20,005 nucleotides of DNA from positions 1 to 20,005 of the forward strand of contig NW_021824063.1 in the NCBI RefSeq assembly GCF_006345805.1, written 5' to 3'. Position numbers and translations under genes: made by a program. The notes under the pieces are model-generated. The model was not told the origin of the DNA. It did no database searches and saw nothing but the letters and a program-made list of their open reading frames with translations. Positions 11,127 through 20,005 of the stretch are shown in pieces. Position 1 is the first letter of the stretch. The number at the start of each line of letters is the position of its first letter. Source of the DNA: Octopus sinensis. Its lineage: Eukaryota.

Positions 11127-11128
<2 letters not shown>
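10948..11128 (-). mobile_element. 5'-truncated R4/Dong-type retrotransposon 3' end inserted in (TAA)n
   Basis: Minus strand encodes MEQIGAAIRVDHVQKTLLLRTARILRKVHEK* (QK..LL.TARILRKV, typical R4/Dong C-terminus), then a 3' UTR. Flanked by (TAA)n, the known Dong target. Confidence 0.75.
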
Positions 11129-11183
<55 letters not shown>

Positions 11184-11316
11184 CATTATTATTATTATTC
11201 AGGTCACTGCATGGAATGGAAATCGGAATCTTGGGATTAGTAGCCCGCGCTCTTAACCACTCCGCCATATCCGTGAAATGTAAATAATGTACTTAATTCC
11301 TCATCTATCAAATATA

Positions 11317-11425
11317 GAAATGAAATGCTTTTCTCAAGAAAGCAATGCATCACCCGGCATGGGAATCGAAACCACAAACTCACGAGCAAGAGTGCTACAC
11401 TCCAAACCACTCAGCCACATGCGCA
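11317..11425 (-). mobile_element. SINE family B head (host of family E; continues at ~10545-10590)
   Basis: A box TGGCTGAGTGG, B box GTTTCGATTCC, ttgagaaaagcatttcatttc body that resumes at 10590 leftwards. Confidence 0.75.
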
Positions 11426-11429
11426 CGTG

Positions 11430-11462
<33 letters not shown>

Positions 11463-11645
11463 GAGTGTATACATACACACATACATGCATACATACATAC
11501 ACACATACATTCATACATACATACACACATACATGCATGCATACATACATACATACATACATACATACATACATGCATACATACATACATACGTACATAC
11601 ATGCATACATACATGCATAGGACATATATACATACATATACTCAT
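11425..11645. repeat. (CA)n/(CATA)n microsatellite
   Basis: Direct reading. Confidence 0.95.
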
Positions 11646-11710
11646 TTATAGAAATAAGAGTCAAAACGGTTAGAGCCGCTATGAAGCACATGCCTATCAA
11701 CAGACAATCA

Positions 11711-12361
11711 ACCATTGATTCAGATCGTAACTACTTTATACTGACAGTCGGGATTTAGTTAAACGATCCAGCGCTGGTGTAGTCGCCACTGGTAAGCTTT
11801 ACTTTTAAGCGAAACTAAACTGTGGGGCGGTTATCTTCCCTGTCAGTGCATAGAAATGTGCTTTTTTGCGATTCAAAGGGTTTTTAGACTTATATTTCTA
11901 GCAATACAGAAGCTGTCCTGCAACATCAGTTACAATTAAGGACAACTGAAATTTTTCTTCTTGGTTTTATATTGCGTATAATCACCTTGGTTATTTTATA
12001 ATCTTCAGATTATCATTTTGCCGAATAAACCATTGATTCATATGGTAAATACTATATACTAACAGTTGGGATTTAGCCAAACCATCCAGCGATGGAATAG
12101 TCACCAGTGATGAGCATTAATTTTAAGCGAAACTAGACTAGTATACTCTTTACTTTCTTTTACTTGTTTCAGTCATTTGACTGTGGCCATGCTGGAGCAC
12201 CACCTTTTTAGTCGAGCAAATCGACCCCAGGACTTATTCTTTGTAAGCCTAGTACTTATTCTATCAGTCTCTTTTGCCGAACCGCTAGGTTACGGGGACG
12301 TAAACACACCAGCATCGGTTGTCAAGCGATGTTGGGGGAACAAACACAGATACAGACACAG

Positions 12362-12395
<34 letters not shown>

Positions 12396-12409
12396 ACACA
12401 CACACACAC

Positions 12410-12441
<32 letters not shown>

Positions 12442-12813
12442 CATATATACGACGGGCTTCTTTCAATTTCCGTCTACCAAATCCACTCACAAGGCTTTGG
12501 TCTGTCCGAGGCTATAGTAGAAGACACTTGCCCAAGGTGGCACGCAATGGGACTGAACCCGGAACCATGTGGCTGGTAAGCAAGCTACTTACCACACAGC
12601 CACTCCTATGCCTATGGTGATCTTACTTGCTGCGGGGCGGTTATCTCCCCAGTCAGTGCATAGACATGTGCTTCTCTTTGCGGCTATAAGGGTCTTTGGC
12701 TCTTGTTTCTAGCAATGTAGGTGTTACTCCGTATCCTAAGTCACAATTAGTGACAATTAAGCTTTTCTGTTTTGGTTTATTTTGCATATAGTCGCCTTCA
12801 TTATTTTATAACC
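11711..12813 (+). repeat. Diverged 318-bp tandem repeat, two units (second split by a SINE), each with a degenerate HHR-like motif
   Basis: accattgattca at 11711 and 12029. Unit 2 resumes at 12630 (tgcggggcggttatctcccc vs 11821 tgtggggcggttatcttccc). Confidence 0.85.
12143..12612 (-). mobile_element. Full-length SINE family C
   Basis: A box TGGCTGTGTGG, B box GGTTCAGTCCC, internal (TA)/(TG) tract, tail ggtgctccagcatggccacagtcaaatgactgaaacaagtaaaaga. Near-identical to 15328-15735. Confidence 0.93.
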
Positions 12814-12949
12814 ATTTATATGTATATAACAATTGTGTGTGTGTGTATGTGCGCACAACAGACTTCCGCACGATTTCCGCCGCAACCATCTTTCGCAGCC
12901 CCCATTACTGATATCTTTACCATCACATCAACAATAACCAATATTCCCA

Positions 12950-13572
12950 CAGTCCATCATCACCACCACCACCACCACCAGCACCACCACCGCCGTTGCT
13001 ACCGCCACTACCACCATTATCACCATTACCACTGCCACCGCCACCACCGATATCATCATCATCATCATCAACACCACTACTGCCGCCGCCACCATCACCA
13101 TCACCATCACCATCAACAATACCACTACCACAATCACCACAACCAACAAAACGACCTCCACCATGACAACCACCAACACCACAACCACTGCCAACACCAC
13201 CACCACCACCACCACCACCGCCATACCAGAACGTCACCACCACGAATGATATTCTCACCATTAATTTAGCATCTAATATTACACCACCTCCACCACCACC
13301 ACCACCGCCGCCGCAACTGCAACAACAACAACAACAGCAACACAATCAGCGTCGCCGCCGCTACTACGACGACCACAAACTCTAATCCAATCGCCTCTGA
13401 TCTCACCACCACCACCACCACCACCATCATCATCATCACCACCACCACCGCCATCGCCACAGCATTCGCTTCTACCATCACCACCAGCAACATCGTCAAC
13501 ACCATCAGCGCCGCCACCATCACCACCACCATAATCGCCACAGCTGTAGTCACCACCACCACCACCACCGCT
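12950..13572. repeat. Degenerate (CAC)/(CAT)/(CAA) trinucleotide array
   Basis: Direct reading. Confidence 0.92.
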
Positions 13573-13744
13573 ACCCTCGACGGCAAGTGATGCTTCTCTG
13601 GCACAGAGCCACACCCAAGGGGGGTGGGGGTGGGGGTAGGATTCATGTGAAGAGACCAGGAAAAATTTAGAAGACAGAAGAGGAAAGGAGTTTGTGATTG
13701 TGTTAGGAATTGTAAGGGCAACAACTGGAGACCCTGGCAACAAA

Positions 13745-13761
13745 CGACAACCACCACTAAC

Positions 13762-13796
<35 letters not shown>

Positions 13797-14163
13797 TTAT
13801 TACTACTACTACTACTACTGCTACTGCTACTACTACAACAACAACTACTACTACTACCACTACAACCACTACTACTACTACTACAACAACTACCACTACC
13901 ACTTCTACCACTACTACTACTACTACAACTACCACCACCATTACTACTACTATTACTACTATTACTACTACAACTACTACTATTACCACTACCACTACCA
14001 CCACCACCACTACTACTACTACTACCACCACCATTACTACTACTACTACTACTACTACTTATGATGATGATGATGCCGCCGCTACTAACACCGCGACCAG
14101 CACCACCACCAGCACCACCACCACCACCATTACTACTACTACTACTACTACCACCACCACCAT

Positions 14164-14196
<33 letters not shown>

Positions 14197-14233
14197 CACC
14201 ACCAACACCACCACCACTACCACCGCCACCACC

Positions 14234-14264
<31 letters not shown>

Positions 14265-14265
14265 T

Positions 14266-14313
<48 letters not shown>

Positions 14314-14384
14314 GACTACTACGACTACTACAGATGGTGTGCAGCTACAACAACATCAACTGCAACAAAATAAGTACGGCAATG

Positions 14385-14432
<48 letters not shown>
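13745..14432. repeat. (TAC)/(CAC)/(CAA) trinucleotide array
   Basis: Direct reading. Confidence 0.95.
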
Positions 14433-14893
14433 CGACGGAAGCATTGCAAATGAAACAAACTTGTAACATTAGAAGGATGCTTTGAGAATACTTAGCTTTT
14501 TTGTTTAAGCTTCCGGTGTGCGTGTATTTGGAGCAGATGACTTTTAAACTGTAAGGACGCTAGCTTAAAGAAAATTACCCCTCACCCATTCATTTGTATA
14601 CATAGATTCCTGATACGTACACACACATACACACACACACACATTATATATATATTCTTTTATTCTTTTATTTGTTTGAGTCATTTTTTCGATGGCCGTA
14701 TAACTGAAGAGATGGTGGCGTGGGTTTCCGGCCCGACATCCTAAACTAGGAGTTCTATCATGGCTACCGAATAATTGTCACATATTATATTTACAGATAA
14801 ATTCCTCTATTTGCATAATATCGAAGTCTCTTTCATTCTTTTGTTGTCTTACCATTTCTATCAATATATATGTATATATATATATATATATAT

Positions 14894-15092
14894 ATTATAT
14901 AAAAGGGCTTAGTAAAATAAATACTTCGCCGCATACTGAACTCGTTCAGTATGCGGCGAAGTAATTTATTTTACTAAGGCCTTTATATAATGTAATAATT
15001 GAATTTGCCTTAAATGGTCCCCTTGCATACTGAATACTTGGTGAAATTGATTAATTAATAATTAATTTTACCCTCAATGTTGAAAGTTGAAA
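14894..15092 (+). mobile_element. Fold-back element family P5, short copy, in (TA)n
   Basis: Arms 14894-14941 and 14944-14991. Tail 14992-15092 shared with the copy at 18044-18445. Confidence 0.85.
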
Positions 15093-15116
15093 TATATATA
15101 TAATATATATATATGT

Positions 15117-15325
15117 ACAGTTAATCCAAACATGAAACATAACAATGCGAGGACGTGGAACAAATATAGTATTATTAGACGCCCAGGAAGGAAGGAAAGA
15201 AGGAGGGTTTAACGTTTCGAGCGGAGCTCTTCATCAGAAACATAGGAAAAGGAAAGATTCAAAGAAGGGAAGACGGAGGAAAAAAATTGCCAACGGTATA
15301 CACACGGTCACATTTTGAATGACCA
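15117..15325 (-). mobile_element. Penelope-pLTR-like fragment carrying an HHR
   Basis: Abuts (TA)n and contains the canonical minimal HHR at 15207-15241. Confidence 0.55.
15207..15241 (-). ncRNA. Minimal type I hammerhead ribozyme motif
   Basis: Minus strand GTTT-CTGATGA-A-GAGC(tcc)GCTC-GAAA-CG-TT-AAAC: all boxes and stems present. Confidence 0.75.
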
Positions 15326-15327
15326 GA

Positions 15328-15735
15328 GGCGTAGCGAGGCTGTGTGGTAAGAAGCTTGCTTCTCAACCACATGGTTCCGGGTTCAGTCCCACTGCGTGGC
15401 ATCTTGGGCAAGTGTCTTCTACTATAGCCCCTGGCCGACCAAAGCTTTATGAGTGTATTTGGTAAACTGAAACTGAAAGAAGCCCGTCGTATATATACAC
15501 ACATATATATATGCGTGTGTGTGTGTTTGTGTTTGTTCAGCCCCACCACCATCGTTTGTCAACTGATGCTGGTATGTTTATGTTCCCGTAACTTAGTGGT
15601 TCGGCAAACAGACCGTAAGTATAAGTACTAGGCTTAGAAAGAATAAGTCCCGGGGTCGATTTGCTCGACTAAAGGCGGTGCTCCAGCATGGCCGCAGTCA
15701 AATGACTGAAACAAGTAAATGAATAAATAAATGAA
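15328..15735 (+). mobile_element. Full-length SINE family C
   Basis: Reverse complement of 12143-12612 at high identity. A/B boxes and tail present. Confidence 0.93.
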
Positions 15736-15754
15736 TATATATATATAAAACACT

Positions 15755-16000
15755 TTAGCTTCAGTTCGACAGCTGCAGCCATGCTGGGGCACCTCCCTTG
15801 ACTTTGCAACACTTATATTTCAAACCTCCTCTGATATGTGGTATTTAGCGAACGAGGGAGTTTGATGCAGCTGCTCTCATCTGTTTTTCTTGCTGTGAGG
15901 TAGGTTCATCCGGAACCCTTGACAAGAGGAGATCCAGATTTGCTTTGATGACACCTACGCCCACACCATGCGGATCCCGCAGGCATTTTGGAAGGATACT
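15755..16000 (-). mobile_element. 3' end of a CR1-like LINE (ORF2 C-terminus + 3' UTR)
   Basis: Minus 15994-15845 reads LPKCLRDPHGVGVGVIKANLDLLLSRVPDEPTSQQEKQMRAAASNSLVR* (LP..LR...K..LD..L...PDEP...RAA.SNSL pattern of CR1-group ORF2 ends). UTR ends in ggtgccccagcatggctgcag...actgaa. Confidence 0.65.
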
Positions 16001-16001
16001 T

Positions 16002-16039
<38 letters not shown>

Positions 16040-16054
16040 GTGTGGTGTGTGTGT

Positions 16055-16277
16055 GTGAGCACCATGTTCGTAAGATTGTGGTTTCGATTCCTGGACCGGG
16101 CGACGCGTTGTGTACTTGAGCAAAGCACTTCATTTCACATTGCTCCAGTCCACTCAGCTGGCAAAAATGAGTAACGCTGCGATGGACTTGCGTCCCGTCC
16201 AGCTGGGGAACACATGCGCCATAGGAACCGGGAAACCGGGCCCATGAGTCTGGATAGGCTTTAAAAGGGCATATTTA
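16055..16277 (+). mobile_element. 5'-truncated SINE with family B body and family A 3' tail
   Basis: B box GTTTCGATTCC. 16080-16170 matches family B and 16168-16272 matches the family A tail (6382-6487, reverse complement). Confidence 0.85.
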
Positions 16278-16397
16278 TAGCGGCATTTTCAAACTTCATT
16301 TTTTACAAATATATACCCACTCGTATACGAGCTACTCTATTAATAAATATATATGTATATATAATATATATATATATTATATATATATATATATATA

Positions 16398-16444
<47 letters not shown>

Positions 16445-16456
16445 GTTTTAAAGTTA

Positions 16457-16602
16457 ATATAAAACACCTGGTGCAATGTGATACCATAAAGGAAAAATTC
16501 AATCGTCACTAAATGTGACTGAAGGTGCCGGAGCACCTACATTGCTAGAAATAATAGTTAAAATACTTTTAATGCTGTAGGAAGAGCGCAAATGTATACA
16601 CA
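16457..16602 (-). repeat. Third, inverted partial copy of the 318-bp repeat
   Basis: gtcactaaatgtgact...cacctacattgctagaaa equals the reverse complement of 12706-12754 (tttctagcaatgtaggtg...agtcacaattagtgac). Confidence 0.75.
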
Positions 16603-16647
16603 AGCTTACAAAAATCGAGATTAATGTATAATTTTTTTCTATGTTCA

Positions 16648-16710
16648 TAATTTTTTGTTTACATAATTTTTTGTTTACAATTTTTTGTTTACATAATTTT
16701 TTATTTACAA
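16648..16710. repeat. Tandem repeat of ATTTTTTGTTTACA(TA), 4 units
   Basis: Direct reading. Confidence 0.85.
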
Positions 16711-16719
16711 TACTGAAAG

Positions 16720-17310
16720 ATGCCACCTAAGAAAATATGTAATATCTCCAGAAACAACTGTAAAGCAAGGAAGATTGTAGAAAACCGAAGGCGAGAGTCT
16801 TAAGAGAGAGAAAGGAGATGAGATTTTCCTAAGATCAGCGAACGCATGTTGCAGCACGTCAAATGGAGTCTCAAGAGAGAAGGGAGATGAGATTTTTCCA
16901 ACATCTTTGAAGGCATACTGTAGTACGTCAGGTGGAGTCTCAATACAGAAGGGAGCTGAAACCCCAAATGTTCAAATGAAACTAATGGTATGCGCTGCTC
17001 AGGCGGTAAGGTAAGATTGCCAGGACTACCAACTCCACCTCAACCTCTTATAGATCTTCTGGAAGGCATTGTCATCCAGTCAAATGATTTTCTGAACAAT
17101 ATCAGACAATACAACCCTGCATTTCAAATGACATCGTTTGGTGCATCTAAGGACATAGTTGAACATGGATTTACGCCAACGTTCAAAGTTCAAGGGCAAG
17201 TCTATCCCCTCATTGGTTCTCTAGTACCCGCGAATGAACAACCACAGTTCCTCCAAATTTACTCTATGAGTGATGTAGGACAACAAACCCGAAGATGTCA
17301 AAACTTCAGA
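16720..17310 (+). pseudogene. Decayed Helitron RepHel N-terminal region
   Basis: MPPKK start at 16720. Three ~69-bp ESQERREMR-like repeats (16795, 16866, 16935; STPR-like). Then GM(R)CSGGKVRLP..PPQPL..LL.G...FL.NIRQYN.AFQMTSFGA...GF.PTFKVQGQVY.LIGSL.P...PQFLQIY, a characteristic Helitron RepHel segment. Stops and frameshifts upstream, truncated downstream. Confidence 0.88.
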
Positions 17311-17506
17311 CAATGGGTCGTGTTAGACGCAGCGCCGACTGCCTCAAAGGAGTGTATATCCACTGACAGCTTTTCGGTGCGTTCAAAAATCATATACCCG
17401 CCACCCCTAATTTCCATGACCAGTTGGGGCCTAGGTTTTGTTGTCAATGCTGCACTTTCCCGTATCACCTGTTTCAACATAACTGTAATATATATATATA
17501 TATATA

Positions 17507-17882
17507 TCTATATAAACGGCAGTTTGTCTGTGCGTTTTCTGTGTGTCTGTTTTCTCGTACCCTCACTCTGACCACGGCTTCAACCGATCTGATGAAACTT
17601 GACACCACATAGCCCAATGTCATAATTCAAAACTAACGCAGCGAAAATTTTGAAAGTTTCCCCCAGTTCTGAAAAAAAATCGATAAAGTCGACATGGGGT
17701 CGAGAATCAGAAACCCAAACCACAGACCGTCTAGGGGACGCAAATCCACCTTTTTTAACTCAAAAAAAAAATTTGCCATAATTTTTTTTCCATTTTTTTG
17801 CTATTTTTTGGCTATAACTCTCTAAAAATGCTTTATAGTTATTTCCCTTACAAACCTGAGCAACGCCGGGCGATACTGCTAC
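17507..17882 (+). mobile_element. Non-autonomous Helitron-like element
   Basis: A|TC 5' end, (GTCT)-like tract, 3' hairpin cctgagcaacgccggg, ends CTAC|T (CTRR variant). No TSD, inserted in (TA)n. Confidence 0.7.
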
Positions 17883-18043
17883 TATATATATAATTTGATT
17901 TTGAGCTTTTTTTATTATATTCACCTTACTTTGAGCTATGCATATAATACCGGACTTGGTGATTCAACTTAAGTAACCAATTCAACTGATCTCAATTATA
18001 TATATATATATAATATATTATATATATATATATATATATAATA

Positions 18044-18445
18044 TATTACATTATATAAAAGGCTTAGTAAAATAAATTACTTTGCCGCATACTGAACTCA
18101 TTAGAAATAGCAGCTAAAAAAACTTTTTTAAACTATTTCTAATACTTAAAGAAAACCTCTCTCATAAGTGTTTGCTCAATTCAACTCACGCAAATATGCA
18201 TATTTGCGTGAGTTGAATTGAGCAAACACTATATGAGAGAGGTTTTCTTTAAGTATTAGAAATAGTTTTAAAAAAGTTTTTTTAGCTATGCTATTTCTAA
18301 TGAGTCAGTATGCGGCAAAGTAATTTATTTTACTAAGCCTTTTATATAATGTAATAATTTGAATTCGCCTTAAATGGTCCCTTTGCATACTGAATACTTG
18401 GTGAAATTGATTAATTAATTAATTTTACCCTCAATTGTTGAAATT
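18044..18445 (+). mobile_element. Fold-back element family P5, long copy (~310-bp spacerless palindrome + tail)
   Basis: Centre caaatatg|catatttg at 18198/18199. Arms 18044-18198 and 18199-18356, tail 18357-18445. Confidence 0.9.
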
Positions 18446-19105
18446 ATATATATATATACATATATATATATATACCATACAGACAGACATGCTTATACAC
18501 ACACATGTATACATACATGCATATATACACACAAACATGCGCACAAACATAATGCATACATATATACGTATATACATGCACGCAGATACAGTTATACGTG
18601 CATTTATACACATACGAACACATACATGCAAACATAATACATACGTACATGCATGCATACGTATGTACATACATACATACATACATACATACACACACAA
18701 AGCATACATACATACATACATACATACATACATACATACATACATACATACTACATACATACATACATACTACATACATACATACATACATACGTATACA
18801 CATGCACGCAGATAGTTATATGTGCATGTATATACATACATGTATATATACACACAAACATATACATGCAAACACATACATGCAACCATAATACATACAT
18901 ACATACGCATACATATGAACGCAGATACAATTATATGTGCATGTATTAAGATACATGTATATTTACACACAAACATATATATACAAACACATACACGGAA
19001 CCATAATACAAATATACATGCATGCGTACATACATACATACATACATACATACACACATACATACATACATGCATACATACATACATTCATACATACATA
19101 CATAC

Positions 19106-19136
<31 letters not shown>

Positions 19137-19275
19137 CTTTCATACATACATACATACATACATACATACATACATACATACATACATGCATACATTCATA
19201 CATACATGCACACATACATACATGTATACATACATGCATACATACATGCATGCGTATACACTTGCACGCAGATAC
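18446..19275. repeat. (CATA)n-rich compound microsatellite with short internal duplicated motifs
   Basis: Direct reading. cacgcagata-like motif recurs at ~18579, 18805, 18918, 19265. Confidence 0.92.
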
Positions 19276-19756
19276 ACTTATTCCTCTGCAGTATTTTAGA
19301 GATCAGCTGCCGTACAGATGTGAACACGTTTTTAAAATACAAAGAGAGAGTGAATCTTTACGGTCGCCTACTTACAAACCAGCCACATTTTTACCCAGAC
19401 TTTAAAAGCTTATTTACAGAACAATCGGTGATTGTTACTTAAAGCAGATACATCATACAAAGCCTAAATTAACAACGGTATTCGTCTCGAGGTAGTATCT
19501 CTTATGCAACATACAATGCTAAATAACTCAAAAGTATAGAAGTAGTAGATTAAAATCGTCCTGTGGCGGCATTGTGAAATGTACATTTCTTCTTTGAGTT
19601 TCGTCAGTAGCAAGTATCTTCTGATGACAGCATCTAAGCGAATCAGTCACTTCTGATAAAGAAAAGCAGTAATGGAAAAGTCACTTACGTTACAATTAGG
19701 CAGTTGTTTGTTAAAAATTCGTTGTGTGTAACAGAATCATATTATTGCAAGTTTGC

Positions 19757-20005
19757 ACGGCGAGCTGGCAGAACCGTTAGCACGCCGGCGAAATGCTTAG
19801 CGGTATTTCATCTGCCGTTACGTTCTGAATTCAAATTCCACCGAGGTCGACTTTGCCTTTCATCCTTTCGGGGTCGATGAATTAAGTACTAGTTACGCAC
19901 TGGGGTCGATATAATCGACTTAATCCGTTTGTCTGTCCTGTTTGTCCCTTTGTGTTTATCCCTTGTGGTAGTAAAGAAATGAGTATTTCGTCTAACTTTA
20001 CGTTC
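19757..20005 (+). mobile_element. SINE family D (Nin/Deu-domain-like), followed by the start of a partial tandem copy
   Basis: ggcgagctggcagaa head, B-box-like gaattcaaattcc, gcctttcatcctttcggggtcgat..a.taagtac resembling the Nin domain. 19983-20005 repeats 19803-19825. Confidence 0.75.

Larger units (their letters stand above)
10591..11316 (-). mobile_element. tRNA-headed SINE-like element (family E) with internal (AAT)n and hammerhead-bearing 3' module
   Basis: Minus strand: A box TGGCGGAGTGG (11257-11267) + TTAAGAGCGCGGGCTACTAA tRNA-like head, (AAT)n, tail 10591-10735 with HHR. Inverted tail copy 11267-11316. 15-bp TSD gaaatgaaatgcttt (10576-10590, 11317-11331). Confidence 0.8.

Noticed and set aside
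11711-12813. 318-bp (106-codon) period suggesting cadherin repeats
   Set aside because: The frames I translated contain stops and no cadherin motifs (DxD, LDRE, DxNDN).
13694-14485. 263-aa poly-Thr ORF (mucin-like) and overlapping poly-His/Val/Gly ORFs at 12772-14453
   Set aside because: These are by-products of stop-free trinucleotide arrays, open in multiple frames and strands, with no domain, signal peptide or splice evidence.
18290-18330. CTAATGA...GCAAAG as an HHR in family P5
   Set aside because: Both core boxes are mismatched and the stems are weak, so an HHR is not supportable for P5.
19615-19655. CTGATGA...GCGAATCAGTC hammerhead-like string
   Set aside because: Stem II is only 2 bp, GAAA is absent and there is no stem I.

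Overview
Repeat-saturated, non-coding eukaryotic DNA. It is most likely from an octopus or other cephalopod, inferred from recalled SINE families and the extreme density of (TA)n/(CATA)n/(CA)n/(TAC)n repeats. No intact host gene is supportable, and almost all ORFs in the track are microsatellite artefacts. Conventional content: several tRNA-derived SINE families (some with clear target-site duplications), a nested non-autonomous TIR DNA transposon, decayed R4/Dong-type, CR1-like and Helitron RepHel coding remnants, and a non-autonomous Helitron. The most notable signal is a set of unrelated short elements, mostly sitting in microsatellites, that share one fold-back layout (truncated inverted copy + direct copy + unique tail). 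Several of them carry minimal type I hammerhead ribozyme (HHR) motifs, as Penelope-like element pLTRs do. They include a tRNA-headed SINE whose 3' end is such an HHR module, HHR cores with apparent covariation at the 3-8 pair (C-G, U-A, G-C), and a 318-bp tandem repeat with a degenerate HHR in each unit (retrozyme-like).
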